Shown: positions 1 through 15,609, counted from the stretch's first letter. The stretch: DNA of 64,000 nucleotides from Basidiobolus meristosporus CBS 931.73 (GCA_002104905.1 MCFE01000004.1:124001-188000); one strand, 5' to 3'. A program made the numbers and translations. Notes: generated by a model from the letters alone, not told the origin.

Positions 1-327
1 GCCTGAGTCTGGCTAACAGTGGTGGACATGGTGATAGCAAATGTACATACCTCTGAGATCTTGTCATAAGAACATGCAAGGTTGCATGCTTTGACAATAA
101 GAATATTACTATGTAGCTGGTGTGGAAAGTTTGAAAGAAAATGAGAAGTAATATATGCTCATCATAAACTCCAGATAGTCTCATTTGTCTTTGGAATCTG
201 TCACAGGAATGCCGCAAAGATTCAACTTTTTGCATTTTAGTTTTCCATAAGTTGCAGTTCAAATGTGCTTTCTTGAGGGGATCTTTAAAACGGCTACAGA
301 AGAGGTTTTGGCAATTTTCCACACATT

Positions 328-1401
328 AGACTTTTTCCATTGAATAGTGCCACATTGAGCCATGAGTGCCAAATGATGCCATAGTGTGCTAAGGAGGCCA
401 GGTGCACCTATACTTGGCCCCAGAGTGTGCAGCATAGCTCTGCATCTTCATGCAAAGCAGCCCCTGTGCCTCACCCATTGTGTAGGAGAAAATCCATTTT
501 TTGACCTTTTTTTTTAGGTCAATGATATACAGGATGTGTAAGTGCACAAAAGAATTGAAGACATGCATCTGGTACTCAATATGCATGGCACTCTGAATCT
601 AGCTCCTGTGCCTTATAACATGTCACAAAATTGCATGGCACTATCTTGGTCCACTAGTACCATCTGGCACTATAAGTGCTTTATATATGTTCTACTTCAG
701 GGCTGATATTTAAATATAGAGCCTGATATATCCAATCCAGACAAGCCATCAAGATTCCATCAGAAGACTGCAATAGTACCAGCAGCTTTGATTTAATGAC
801 CATCTATATGATCTTTTGATGGGATCACAATGGCATTTTGCTAATTATATAGCCAAATAAACTTGATAAAATATGGTGGAGTTTGTATGGTGTTTTGCCA
901 AGAGTGGCATGGCATTGGTGTGGTCGTAGTTTATGCTACTCATATTTAAGTGGATCTAACTAGCCAGTACATCCAATTGCCTTATACTGCAGAAAAGTTG
1001 AAGGTATTTTGACAGCTTCTTTGCAAGCCATTGAGGGCATTATGCTGCAGTATGGTGGCCTACAGCCAGTTCAGTGTAATGCTACAGTACCAATTCACCG
1101 TTTTGTGACATGCTACAAGCTGTTGGAGCTAGATTCAGAGTACCATGGGTATTGAGTATCAGATGCATGTCTTCAGTTGTTCTGTGCTCTCACACATCCT
1201 GAACAATGTTGATCCAACAAAAGGTCAAAAAATGCATTTTCTCCAGCACCAAGGGTGAAACACAGGAGCCACTTTTCATGAAGATGCAGAGCTATGTTTC
1301 ACACTCTGTGGCCAAGTATAGGCTTACCCGGTCTCCTTGGCACACTACGGCATCAATTGGCATTCATGGCTCAATGTGGCTCTATCCAACAGAACAAGTC
1401 T
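328..1401. mobile_element. Non-autonomous foldback/MITE-like DNA transposon (PIF/Harbinger-superfamily derivative) with ~320-350 bp inverted arms and ~400 bp spacer
   Basis: Left end AGACTTTTTCCATTGAATAGTGCC and right end GGCTCTATCCAACAGAACAAGTCT match the ends of the copies at 17069, 23022 and 30177. Flanks are ATT (325-327) and GTT (1402-1404). Confidence 0.75.
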
Positions 1402-1699
1402 GTTATATTCCTTCTCCCTGCTGGATTCTACTCCCCTTATAGGTGTGTTCTGACTTTTGCTTGTGGGAATTCTATATTGAAGTGCTGTAGAAACTGGCTT
1501 GTGACCAAGAGAAATCTGGCATACCATGATAGAGTTTTCCTAATAAAAATAAGTTGCTTGTTGCACCCAACCCAGCTTTGCATTACTCACCTGATCACCC
1601 ACACATTAGGGCTGCTTTGCTTCTTAATTCTGTAGTTATAGGTGTCCCTATGTGTACATCTGTCCTAAGTTTTTCCCAGCTCTTCCTAGCTGTCCTCTA

Positions 1700-2611
1700 G
1701 GTACCAACTCATCACATCCATGATGGACCTGAAGGTAATATTCCTGATGAGATTGTGATATAGTAGTATGTGCAACTTGACTTTTCTTCCTATCTCCACT
1801 CACATCCTCTCCATAGAAAGCTCCCAAAATATGTAGTAAGGTTCAATATTCTCAACACACAAAGCAAGATTGAGTGGCAAATAGATACAGTAGTGGCAGA
1901 GATCTATAATTTCAGCTCAATTTTGGTAGTATAGTCACTCAAATCCAATCCCACACTCTTTGCACAAAAGCTTCAGATGTTTCAAGTTGGTATTAGTGAT
2001 CTGCTTTGGGAAAAATGTTGCCACAATGTCCACTAATGACTGCCAATACTTCAAATGTACTCTTAGTAGAAAAGGCTTCAGAAGGCCACTAAAATGAACA
2101 TATGTCCAACTCATCCAGTCCTTGCACTTGCATTGTTGCATATGCATATGAATGCTAATTGGAGCCCATGAAAAGTACTTAGGCTAGTAAATACTTTGCA
2201 ATATCTTGCCAATTTTTTCACATTTCTCTGGTATTTCAAAGGTTTAGTTTATCTTGAAATGCCCCATGTACAACTTGGTCATCAGTAAAGGGAATATGTT
2301 GAAAGCAAATGCCTTGCTTGGAGTGAAAAGCTTTTGCTCCCACAGATACACTCTATCATAAGTTTTCTAGTTTGCAATTAATTACATATTCTGGCTGATG
2401 GTCTATAGCTAGCCAACTTTGCTGCAATTGCATACTGACTTCTGTATGTTCTCTCTGTGGAAAGATGATAGTCTTAGTGTTAGTGCTTGTGTAATAACAA
2501 TGTGTATGAGTTATTGGGAAGGTCCCCTGGATCTCACACATTTGACAGAAATACTGTTCCCAGAAAAGCTGGCTATCTTGCTGATGGCTGGGGTATCTCC
2601 AATGGAGATAT
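1700..2611 (-). pseudogene. CACTA/EnSpm (Tnp2/Transposase_21-like) transposase remnant
   Basis: Minus-strand frameshifted translation gives IGDTPAIS...CQMCEIQG and a degenerate W..MER motif. Homologous to 39960-40860. Interrupted by a Copia LTR at 2612. Confidence 0.65.
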
Positions 2612-4736
2612 TGTTGAAGTTTTGGGCTATTTGCTATCATTCTGCAGCTAAAAATATACTTGACAATTCTGGACTAGTCTTGGTCACTTTGGACTAATTT
2701 ATAGCTCTAAATTTGCCACATTCCTCAGATCTATGATCTCATGATTATTCCCCTATAGTCAGGATCAAATTAGCACTAATATCAACCATTATGTACTAAC
2801 CCTGAAACTGTTATAGAATGCTCCTGAGTGATGAGAAACCCTCCTTACTTAGTGTTACAGCTGTATTACTTCTACAAAGGAATAAATACTGAGCTTCTTT
2901 AATAATAAACAACAATTCAACTATTATCACTATTTCTTGATAAATTCCTTATATCCAAATCATTTTCAATTGCAACAGTGTATGCGCCCCAATTGTCTTA
3001 ATCTATTTTAACAATGACTTCTACCAGCAAACAGAACAACACAAAAATCTTCCTGGTAAAGGAGAGGTTTGATGGAAAGAACTATAGACTTTGGAGAATC
3101 AAGATGCAGATGCACCTTGAGGAAAGGAAGCTTTGGAATATAGTAACAGGAAAAGAAGTTTGGCCTGAAGGAACAGCAGAAGAAGTGGAAAAGTTTCAAG
3201 AGATGGAGAGGAAGGCCTTTAATGCCATATATATCAATGTGCAAGATTACTTCATTGGACATATTGTCAAATAGAAGACATTTTGACTTCTGACTATGTC
3301 AAAGGAAGACTTCTCCATGAACAACTCAGACATAATGATCAAGCAGAGAAAATCAAAGACAATGCTTTATTCAGTTCAGAAAGGCACTCATGAAAGAAGG
3401 GAAAGCAACAAAACCAAAGAAAACCTGGTTGCAGCAACTATTGTAAAAAAACCAGGACACTGGGCAAGAGAATGCAAGAAGAAACAAGCAGACAAAAGAC
3501 AGAAACTAGAGCAGGCAAGCCATATAACTACTGATGTACAGTTATTTCTAACCGTACAAGAGAGTGCAAGCAAATAAAGTAATGAATGGTATATTGACTC
3601 TGGAGCCTTGCAGCATATTTGTGGCATAGAAGAGTAGTTCAGCAACTTAAAGACTATTCCCGCAAGAAAGGTCTTTTGGGGAGATAACTCAGCTCTGGAA
3701 CCCACCGCAAGTGAGTCTATAAAACTAAATATGAGCCATAGCTCAGGGGTAACAACAGCAAGACTCACTGAAGTACTGTACTTAACTGGAATTGCTAGGA
3801 ACCTACTCTCAGTCAGTAAAGCAACTGCTCAGGGACTGAAATTTGTTTTTACTAGGATGAGCTGCTTAATAATGAGTGAGAATGGACACTAAGTAGTTTT
3901 GGGAATCAGAGATCACAATATATACAAGTCACAATGCAGGATCATTGTACCTGAGTATGTCAACATTGCCTAAACTGATGCAACCAACTGGGAGACGTGG
4001 CATAGGAGGCTAGGACACATTGGGGAACAGAAAATGAGCCAATTGGTGAAAAATCAGCCTGTTTTGGGCGAAATATACTCAATTCCAATCAAATTTGATG
4101 TTTGTAAGATATGTTCATATGGCAAACAAGCTAGGCAACATTTCAAGAGCTCAGAAGGCATCAATACCACCAAAATATTGGCTATTGTACACTCAGACAT
4201 ATGTGGCCCTATGAGAACACTGTCCTTTGGAGCCAAGATATACTTATTAATGTTTATTGATGACAAAACAAGATATACATGGGTGTACTTCCTCAAAACT
4301 AAGGATGAAGCTTAAGAGACGCTTAAGCACTTCAAGAGCATGGCAGAAACACAAACTGGGTATAAATTGAAGGTGCTACAAAGTGACAGTAAGGAGAATA
4401 CTGTTCAAAGGAGTTTGAAAAATACTGCTTGTCTACTGGAATACTTCAACAGACCGCAGTTCCTCATACTTCACAGCAAAATGAAGTAGTAGAACGTGCA
4501 AATAGAGCAATAGTAGAGATGGGAAGATCCATGCTACATCATAAGCAAATGAACTACAAGTTTGGGCTGAGTCTGTTGTTACTGCAGTATACATCAAAAA
4601 AAGATGTCCAACAATAGCACTACGTGATTCTACACCTTTTGAAGCATATACAGGCAAAAAAGCAGATCTCTAGCACCTCAAGATCTTAGGCAGTAATAAC
4701 TTTTATCACATCCTTGACAAAAAACGCTCAAAGATG

Positions 4737-7700
4737 TGTTATGATCTACCACTTGAATGTTTAAGTTAGATCAGTTTTTAGTCAAATCAATTAGTATATG
4801 TTTAGGTTATCAGTATATCAGTATTATCTATTAAATCAGTAGCATTAGTCAACAAATGAATCAGTAGATCCTTATCAGACAGAAATAGATATATTAAGTG
4901 GGATCTTATTGGGTGATGATGATACAATCAGATGAGTCATCAGCCACAACCTACATTAGGAAATACAATTAGTCAGCAATTGATCTGGCAAAATGTATAT
5001 GAGGAGCTGCTGGAGCCTCAATAAAAATCAGTTCAAGTTTTAGTGAATACAATACTAGCTAAACTCCCTATTCCTCTACAACTCTTATACCAAGACTTGT
5101 AGCATTGGTAGCAGCAATAACCAGAAACCTCCCTCCTGAAGAAAGAAGAAACCACCCTCAAGATGTCACACAATCAAGAATGGAAGAATTCCATGCAGCA
5201 AATCCTGGCCCAACGGCAACAGTTACTCCCGATCCTCAGCCAACAGCAACCAAGAATGACTACCATGGCACTGAACCAGCAATGCCCTGTTAAGAGCAAC
5301 TTTAGTGTGAAGGTCAGCCTGTACCATGGCAGAGTCAATGAAAACCTGGGGACTTGGCTCTTTCAGATTGAAGAAGCTTTTAAAGCTAAAGGAATTGCTC
5401 CAGAAAGCAAGTTGCATTATGCAGCTTCTTACCTGGCAGATGCAGCTTTACAGTGGTACCACAACAAGATCAGGTCAGCCACTATGATGGGATGCTCTAC
5501 AATCTCTAACTGGGATGAGTTTGTGTTGGAAATTCAGGATGCTTTTGAACCTCCACACCAACAGACACTACTAAGAAGGAAGTTAAAGACACTCAGACAG
5601 AAAGGAATGGTTCAAGAATATATCTATGAGTACAGATGTCTACTTGGACAAATTGAAAGAATGGACCCCCTGGATCAAGTTGAATACTTTATTGATGGGT
5701 TAAAAGAAAGAACTTGTAAGGAAGTGAGTTATTGAAGACCTCAGACTATTGAAAAAGCCATCAAGATTGCCATTGACTATGACTCAGCTATGTTTGGAGT
5801 TGGGAAGCCTACAATGACTAATCAGAAAGGTTACAATCATTATGAAAGAAGACAGTCAGAAGCAGTACCAATGGAAATAGATGCTATGCAGAAGAATGCT
5901 GCCTTGGAAGAATGTAAGAAGAAAGGACTTTGCTTAAATTGCCACCAGCAAGGACATATTGCAAAGTACTGCCCTCAGAGAAGAAATGGACACAAGCCAT
6001 CAAGAACCTTTAACCGTATTGAGGCCATGGAGCATAGTAACATGAAGGATGAACTTGAAGAAGACTCAGAACTCACCTTCCACATGATAGAAAAATACCT
6101 ATCCCAGATGACCTCAAACTCAGGAAAGCTATTATACCTGAATGGAGTAATAAATGGAGTACCTGCCAAGATCATTATTGACTCAGGAGCATTGCATGAA
6201 TACATGTCAGAGCAATTTGCTCTGAAAGCTGGGATCAACTCAGAACCTACCAAATCAACTTCAGTCTCAACAGCTGATGGGAACTCTCACATAATCAACC
6301 GTATTACTCAGCCAGTAAGAATGTAGATCAATGACTGTGAAGAAGACCTACAGGCTTATGTATTAGGGAACTGCAAGTTTGACCTTGTACTTGGAAAAAC
6401 CTGGCTATTTTGCCGTAATCCATCAATCAACTGGAGAACCCATGCTACTCAGATCCAAAAAGACAACAAGACCTATGAGCTATTACCTGCCAGGCTGGAT
6501 TTCAACTTGGTCAATTCCAGTATGTGTGAGACAAGTGAACTTAGCAAGACCCAGTTCTGTAGAGCTCTTAGAAAAGTTACTCAGATGTTCCTCATGGCGG
6601 TTTTACAGGAGGATTCCTCTACCCCAGCACCCCAGCAGGTCCAGACACTCTTGAAGAAATATTCAGATGTGTTTCCAGATGAGCTTGTAAGCCTACCACC
6701 AGTCAGAGACATGAATTATGCCATTGACACATGTGATAGCCCTCCAGTGAGCAAGACACCTTACAGAATGAGTCCATTGGAATTGGAGGAAATGAAGAGA
6801 CAAATTGATCAGCTATTGGAGCAAGGATACATCAGGCCTAGCAAGTCACCCTGGGGAGCACCAGTGCTTTTTGTGAAAAAGAAGGATGGAACACTTAGGA
6901 TGTGCAATGACTACAGTGCCCTAAACTCAGTTACCGTCAAGAATAAGTACCCCATACCTTGGATTGATGAGCTTTTGGACCAACTTAATGGAGCCACTAT
7001 TTTCAGCAAGATTCAACCAGATTAGGGTGAAGCCAGAAGACATCCTTAAGACAGCATTCAGGACCAGATATGGACATTACAAGTACTTAGTCATGAGTTT
7101 TGGCCTCACTAATGCCCCTGCAATATTCATGACACTGATGCAGACTGTCTTTCAGGAGTACTTAGACAAGTTTGTGATAATCTACCTGGATGACATATTG
7201 ATATACAGCAAGACAGAAAAGGATCACATGGTTCACACTGAAAAGGTCTTGAAGAAACTAAGAGAGAACAAGCTATATGGCAAGCTAGCCAAGTGTGAAT
7301 TCTTCAAAGAACACATTGAATACCTGGGACACGTAGTCACTAGCACAGGAGTGACCTTAGACCCTAAGAAGTTTGAAGTTATCAAGAATTTGAAGCAGCC
7401 CCATAGCATATCAGAACTCAGATCATTCCTTGGAATGGTTTCCTATTATTGGAGATTTGTCAAGTGTTTTGCAGGTATTGCAGCCCCTTTAACTGATATC
7501 CCCAAGAAAGACAATACCTACAAGTGGGACATAGCTTGTGAGACTGCCTTCCAGATGCTCAAGAATGAACTTGCTAAGCTGCCAAGCTTAAGAATACCAG
7601 ACTTCAGAAAAGAGTTCACTCTGTGCACAGATGCTTCAGATTATGCAATTGGTGGAGTGCTGAGCCAAGAACACTAGGGAAAGGACTACCCTGTTGCCTT

Positions 7701-9656
7701 TGAATCCAAGAAACTGAACTCAGCAGAGCAAGACTATCCAGTCCATGAGAAGGAGATGCTTGCTATAATACACTGTTTGAAGATATGGAGATGCTATATT
7801 GAAGGAGTCAAATGCACTGTGAAGACTGATCATGCCTTCCTCAAGTATATATTTACTCAGAAGGTACTCTCTAGAAGAATGACAAGATGGAGTGAATACA
7901 TTCAGCAATTTGACCTGGAGATTGTATACTGCCCTGGAAAAAACAACACGGTTGCTGATGCCTTATCAAGATTAGATCAAGTTGCACAACTCAACTTGGT
8001 GCATGAATCAGATTGGCCTAGCCTATTACCAAAGTACTTGGAGGACCAAGCCATTCCTAAAGAGGTGGATGAAGATATCAAGAAGATAATCCGTGATGAA
8101 GCCAGCAAATTTGTAGTACAGGATGAAACACTCTACCAAGTTGTTGATGGAAGCCCTATTGCCTATTGCCCTTATGTTTCTTGCCTGGATTTAATACATA
8201 AGCTACACAATGGATATGGACATCTTGGGATTGAAGGAACCTATAGCCTTGTGAAAGCCAGAGCATGGTGGCCCAGAATGAAACAGGATATTGAGAAGCT
8301 AGTGAAAACATGCCCAAACTGCCAAATTGATCAAGGCCAGCCACAAAGAATTGCCAAACTCTTCCCTTTGGAGCCTGTAAGACCATTTGAGAGATGGGGA
8401 ATTGACTTTATTGGAAGACTGCCAACTACCAGGAAATGCAACCGTGGATCCTAGTAGCAATTGACCATGCCACTAAATGGCCAGTTGCTAAAGCTGTACC
8501 AATAGCCAGTGAACAAGAAGTTGCAAGTTTCATTTACCATGAGATCCTTATGAAGTTTGGATGCCCTGTGGAGATCTTATCTGATAGAGGAGCAAACTTT
8601 ATGGCAAAGACATTAGAGGCTTACCTGGAAGTGCAGCAGATCAGACACTTGAAAACCTCGGCATATCACCCCAGAACTAATGGAGTCACTGGGTGGTTTA
8701 ATGGATTATTTGGAAAAATGCTCACAAAGTATGCAAATGGAGTTGTCAGTAGATGGGATGAGTATATAGACCAAGCACTCTTTGCATGCAGAGTCAGAGT
8801 ACACAACACCACCCAGCAATCACCATTTTACTTAGTGTATGAATGTGAACCAAGGATTCCAGGAGATCTCACACAACCAAAGCTTGCAGACACCTTAGAA
8901 GATGAACTCAGTCAGCCAAGTTGACACCAGCAAATGGAACAAAGATGTCAAGAGGCTCAGACCAAAGTATCTCAAAGTGCAGAAAAGATGAAGCAGAGAT
9001 TTGATAAGACTATAGCACCAGAAGCATTGACAGTTGGGAACTTTGTATTGCTAAGAAACAACACTCGGAAGAAGTTTGAGCCACAATGGACAGGGCCATT
9101 CAAGATCATCAGAGAATGTTCATTTGTAACTTACCAACTGGTGCACAAACAAGGCAATATCCGGGAAGACTTAGTGTATAGGGACAGACTCAAGCTTGCA
9201 AGACTTGCTGATAATATTGAACCATCAAGATATTGGTATCACAAAAAAAGAGATTCAGGAGAACCCTCTCAACTTTAGTAGGGGAGAATGTTATGATCTG
9301 CTGCTTGAATGTTTAAGTTAGATCAGTTTTTAGTCAAATCAATTAGTATATGTTTAGGTTATCAGTATATCAGTATTATCTATTAAATCAGTAGCATTAG
9401 TCAGCAAATGAATCAGCAGATCCTTATCAGACAGAAATAGATATATTAAGTAGGATCTTATTGGGTGATGATGATGCAATCAGATGAGTCATCAGCCACA
9501 ACCTACATTAGGAAATACAATTAGTCAGCAATTGATCTGGCAAAATGTATATGAGGAGCTGCTGGAGCCTCAATAAAAATCAGTTCAAGTTTTAGTGAAT
9601 ACAATACGAGCTAAACTCCCTATTCCTCTACAACTCTTATACCAAGACTTGTAACA
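4737..9656 (+). mobile_element. Full-length but decayed Ty3/gypsy retrotransposon Gypsy-1
   Basis: 368-bp LTRs at 4737-5104 and 9289-9656 (about 9 mismatches by eye), 4-bp TSD GATG, PBS TGGTAGCAGC and PPT AGTAGGGGAGAA. Gag, CCHC knuckle (CLNCHQQGHIAKYC), protease DSG, RT YLDD, RNase H DAS and integrase HHCC/DDE occur in gypsy order, with stops and frameshifts. Confidence 0.95.
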
Positions 9657-10944
9657 GATGGAACCAAAGAGTAGGAAAGGGATCTTTCTTGGTTATTGTC
9701 AAGATACTAAAGGGTATAGAGTGTATAATGGCAAAGCTCAGAAGCTGATCAAGAGCAGGGATATTGTATTTGAGGAGAATTCAGATTGGAAAGCCACAGA
9801 AATCATTGGCCAGCTGCCCAATGATGCAATCAACATTAATGTAGAACATACATACCAAATTCAGCCAGATACAGAAGATACGTCCACCAGTTCCAGATCA
9901 GAACAGATTATCCCAGTTAGGAGATCTACCAGTATAAGAAATGTCCTTAGATCCTGGTGGCAGACATGCAATGATCATGAAGAAGCTTATCATACCTTAT
10001 GTGCCAAACCTCAGAATCTGAAGCAGGCAATGCAAAGTCCAGATGCTACTATGTGGCAACAAGCCATGCAGGAGGAGTACCAATCACTGATCAAGGCAAA
10101 AAGGTGAGAACTGGTAGACTTACCAAATGGGAGAAAGCCAATAGTATGTAGATGGGTCTACGAGATCAAGATAACCCCAAATGGTGCCATTGATAAGTAA
10201 AAGGCTAGATTTGTGGCCAAAGGCTATTCCCAGATCCAGGGACTAGACTTAAGGAAACATTTGCTCCAGTTGCCAAGTTTAACTCCATTAGGACAGTTCT
10301 AGCCCTGGCAGCTGTACACAGTCTAGATCTACACCAAATGGACATCAAAGCAGCCTTTTAAATGGTGATCTGCAAGAAACTATATATTTAGAGCAACCAG
10401 AAGGTTTTAACCATCCAAAAGACCCCCATAATATGTGCAAACTTAGAAAATTGTTGTAGAGGTTTAAGCAGGCACCTAGAGCATGGTAGGACAAGATTTA
10501 CACATATCTAGAGGAAATTGGGTTCTCTTGTAGCACTGCAGATCACACTATGTACGTGAAACAGCTCAAAAGGGGTGTGATCATCCTAGTTCATTATGTG
10601 GACAACCTAATTATAGCTACAAGTGACCAAGAGGCACTTAAACAGATGACATCAGATCTCTTCAGCAAGTTTGAGCAGAAAGATCCTGGAAAATTGAGCT
10701 ATTTTCATGGAATTGAGGTCAAATTTGACATATCTACACAGAAAATTGTGCTGAGTTAGTCTAAGTACATCAGGAACATTCTTGAATGCTTCAAATTGGA
10801 AAATTGCAGACTTGCAGCTACCCCTATGGACAATGACCTGAAATTAAGCAAATCTCAGCCAGTTATAGATGAAAATGGCTCAAATATGGACCAAAACGTT
10901 CCCTATCAATCAGTAGTTGGTAGCCTAATGTACTTGAGGGGGAG

Positions 10945-13900
10945 TGTTGAAATATTGGACTATTTGGTATCATTCAGCAGCTAAAAATTTACTTAACAAT
11001 TCTAGGCTAGTCTTAGTCACTGTAGGACTCATTTACTGCCTTAACTTTGCCACTTTCTCCAGATATATGATCTTATGATTATTCCCCTATAGTCAGGATC
11101 AAATTAGCACTATTACCAAACATTATGTACTAACCCTGAAACTGTTACAGAATGCTCCTGAATATTGAGAAACCCTCCCTACTTAGTGTTGCAGCTGTAT
11201 TACTTCTACAAAGGTATAAATACTGAGCTTCTTTATTAATAAACAACAGTTCAACTATTATCACTATTTCTTGATAAGTTCCTTATATCCAAATCACTTC
11301 TTAAATTGCAACAGGTTATGAGCCCCGATTGCCTTAATCTATTCTAAAGATGACTTCTACCAGCAAACAAAGCAATACCAACATCTTCCCTGTAAAGGAG
11401 AGGTTTGATGGGAAGAACTACAGACTTTGGAGAATCAAGATGCAGATCCACCTTGAGGAAAGAAAGCTTTGGAACATAGTAACAGGAAAGGAAGTTGAGC
11501 CCAAAGAAACAGCAGAAGATATGGAGAAGTTTCAAGAGAAGGAGAGAAAGGCCTTCAATGCAATATGCATCAATGTGCAAGACTCCTTCATTGGACAAAT
11601 CCATGCCTCAAATACTGCCAAAGCAGAATGGGAATCCTTAGAGATGATCTTTAGAGCAAAGTCAGTATCAAGCAAGCTTTATTTGAAACAAAAGTTCTTC
11701 AACATGAGAAAAAAGCCAGATGATGACATGCTACAACTCATTACCAGAATGGAGACACTTGCAGAAGAACTTTACAGTATTAATGCTGGTGTAGATGATG
11801 AAGAAAAGATACTCTGTCTGCTTTGCAGCCTACCAGACAAGTATCAGCCACTCATACTTTCTTTTGAAAGCAGAGAAGACAACTTGACTTTAGACTATGT
11901 CAAAGGAAGACTTCTCCATGAAGAACTCAGACGTAATGACCAAGCAGAGAAAATTGAAGATAATGCTTTATTCAGTTCAAAAAGGCATACAGAAAAGAAG
12001 GGAAAGCAACAAAACCGAAGAAAACCTGGCTGCTGTAACTACTGTAAGAAGCCAGGACACTGGGCAAGAGAATGCAAGAAGAAACAAGCAGACAAAAAAC
12101 AGAAACTAGAGCAGGCAAACCATATAACTACTGATGAACAGCTATTTGTCACTGTACAAGAGAGTGCAAGTAACCAAAGTAATGAATGGTATATTGACTC
12201 TGGAGCATCACAGCATATTTGTGGTATAAAGGATTGGTTCAGCAACTTAAAGACTATTCCCGTAAGAAAGGCTTATCTGGGAGATAACTCTGCATTGGAA
12301 GCTACCGCCAGTGGGTCTGTACAACTAAATATGAGTGATAACTCAGGGGCAACAACGGCAAAACTGACTGACATACTCTATGTACCTGGAATAGCTAAGA
12401 ACCTACTCTCAGTCAGTAAAGCAACTACTCAGGGACTGAAATTTGTTTTTACTAAGCTGAGCTGCTCAATATTGAGTGAGAATGGACAAAAATTAGCTTC
12501 GGGAATCAGAGATCACAATATATACAAGTTACAATGCAAGATCATTGTACCTGAGTATGTCAACATTGCTGAAACTGATGAAACCAACTGGGAGACGTGG
12601 CATAGGAGGCTAGGACACATAGGGGAACAGAAAATGAGCCAATTGGTGAGAAATCAGCTTGTTTTGGGCCTAAAATACTCAATTCGGATCAAATTGAATG
12701 TTTGTAAGGGATGTTCATATGGCAAACAAGCTAGGCAACGTTTCAAGAGCTCAGAAGGCATCAATACCACCAAAATATTGGCTATTGTACACTCAGACAT
12801 ATGTGGCCCCATGAGAACACTGTCCTTTGGAGCCAAGAGATACTTTATGACGTTTATTGATGACAAGACAAGATATACATGGGTGTACTTCCTCAAAACA
12901 AAGGATGAAGCTTTAGAGACGTTTAAGCACTTCAAGAACATGGCAGAAACACAAACTGGGTGTAAATTGAAGGTACTATGAAGTGACAATGGAGGAGAAT
13001 ACTGCTCAAAGGAGTTTGCAAAATACTGCTTGTCTACTGGTATACTTCAACAGACCACAGTTCCTCATACTCCACAGCAAAATGGAGAAGCAGAACGTGC
13101 AAATAGAACAATAGTAGAGATGGGAAGATCTATGCTACATGATAAGGGAATGGACTACAAGTTTTGGGCTGAATCTGTTGCTACCGCTGTATACATCAAG
13201 AACAGATGCCCAACAACAGCACTACGCGATTCTACACCCTTTGAAGCATATACAGGCAAAGAACCAGATCTCCAGCACCTCAGGATCTTTGGCAGTGATG
13301 TTTTTTATCACATCCCTGACAAAAAACGCTTAAAGTTGGAACCAAAGAGTAGAAAAGGGATCTTTCTTGGGTATTGTGAAGATACTTAAGGGTATAGAGT
13401 GTATGATGGCAAAATTCAGAAGCTGTTCAAGAGCAGGGACGTTGTATTTGAGGAGAATTCAGATCAGAAAGCCACAGAAATCATTGGCCAGCTGCCTGAT
13501 GATGCAATCAACACAAATGAAGAAGATACGTACCAAATCCAGCCAGAGATGGAAGATACTTCTACCAGTTCCAGATCAGAACAGTTTATCCCAGTTAGGA
13601 GATTTACCAGAATAAGAAATGCCCCTGGATCCTGGTGGCAGACATCCAATGATCATGAAGAAGCTTATCTTGCCTTATGTGCCAAACCTCAGAATCTGGA
13701 ACAGGCAATGCAAGGTCCAGATGCTACTAAGTGGCAGCAAGCCATGCAGGAGGAGTACCAATCACTGATCAAGGCAAAAACGTGGGAACTGGTAGATTTA
13801 CCAAATGGGAGAAAGCCAATAGGATGTAGATGGGTCTACAAGATCAAGATAACCTCAAATGGTGCCGTTGAAAAGTACAAGGCTAGATTGGTAGCTAAAG

Positions 13901-15609
13901 GCTATTCCCAGATCCAGGGACTAGACTTTAAGGAAACATTTGCTCCGGTTGCCAAGTTTAACTCTATTAGGACAGTTCTAGCCCTGGCAGCTGTACACAG
14001 TCAAGATCTACACCAAATGGACGTCAAAACAGCCTTTCTAAGTGGGGATTTGCAAGAAACTGTATATATGGAGCAACCAGAAGGATTTACCGATCCAAAA
14101 AGCCCCCATAAGGTGTGCAAACTTAGAAAATCGTTGTATGGGCTTAAGCAGGCACCCAGAGCATGGTATAACAAGATTGACACATATCTAGAGGAAATTG
14201 GGCTCATATGTAGCACTGCAGATCAGAGTATATATGTGAAACAGCTCAAGAAGGGAGTGATCAACCTAATAATAACTACAAGTGACTAGGAGCCACTTAA
14301 ACAGATGAAATCAGATCTCTTCAGCAAGTTTGAGATGAAAGATCTTGGAAAATTGAGCTATTTTCTTGGAATTGAGGTCAAATTTGACATACCTACGCAG
14401 AAAATTGTGCTGAATCAGTCTAAGTACATCAGGGACATTCTTAGACGCTTCAAAATGGAAAATTGCAAACCTGCAGCAACCCGTATGGACAATAGCCTGA
14501 AATTAAGCAAATCTCAGCCAGTTATAGATGAAAACGGCTCAAATATGGACCAAAACTTTCCCTATCAATCAATGGTCGGTAGCCTAATGTACTTGATGGT
14601 GTCTACACGTCCAGACATTGCAGTAGCAGTTGGAATAGTCAGTCAATTCATGCAGAATTATGGATCCAATCAAATTGCAGCAGTTAAGCGGATTTTCAGA
14701 TATCTACAAGGTACCATAAATATGGTACTGGAATACTCTGGAGCAGCAAATAGGCAAAAATTTGATGGTTATAGTGATTCAGATTGGGGTAGGGATCTGA
14801 TTGACAGATGCTTTACCACAGGCTATGTATTTCTTTATGCTGGTGCAGCTATTACTTGGAATTGCAAGAAACAACCAAATGTGGCACTATCTACAACTGA
14901 AGCCAAATATATGGCTGCATGTCAAGCAACTAAGGAGGCTATATGGCTACAAAAATTATTCAAAGACTTAGGTTTTAATTCAGGTGAACCAACATGTATT
15001 TACAAGGATAATCAAAGTTGTATTTCATTAGCTAGGAATCCTACTAATCATGCCAGAACTAAGCACATTGATATACAGCATCACTTTGTGAGGGAAGCTG
15101 TAGAAAATAACTTAGTAGAGCTGGTTTACTGCCCAACTGACAAAATGGTGGCAGACATATTGACAAAACCACTAGCTAGGCCACAGTTGGAGATCCTTAG
15201 AGAGAAATTGGGATTAAGAAATTATTTAGTTGAGGGGGAGTGTCGAAATATTGGACTATTTGGTATCATTCAGCAGCTAAAAATTTACTTAACAATTCTA
15301 GGCTAGTCTTAGTCACTGTAGGACTCATTTACTGCCTTAACTTTGCCACTTTCTCCAGATATATGTTCTTATGATTATTCCCCTATAGTCAGGATCAAAT
15401 TAGCACTATTACCAAACATTATGTACTAACCCTGAAACTGTTACAGAATACTCCTGAATATTGAGAAACCCTCCCTACTTAGTGTTGCAGCTGTATTACT
15501 TCTACAAAGGTATAAATACTGAGCTTCTTTATTAATAAACAACAGTTCAACTATTATCACTATTTCTTGATAAGTTCCTTATATCCAAATCACTTCTTAA
15601 ATTGAAACA
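10945..15609 (+). mobile_element. Ty1/copia element Copia-2 (young, near-intact gag-pol but RT-dead)
   Basis: 369-bp LTRs at 10945-11313 and 15241-15609 with 4 mismatches. PBS GGTTATGAGCCC is the copia-type internal tRNA-iMet fragment primer. PPT is AGTTGAGGGGGAG. Gag-pol 11350-~15240 has three in-frame stops (12979, 13387, 14287) and a 21-bp deletion removing the YVDD motif. Confidence 0.95.

Noticed and set aside
389-1635. Short ORFs at 389-586, 1206-1442, 17129-17326, 30172-30417 and 30584-31013 as a repeated gene family
   Set aside because: They are chance frames inside the foldback arms. Their similarity is nucleotide-level repeat identity.
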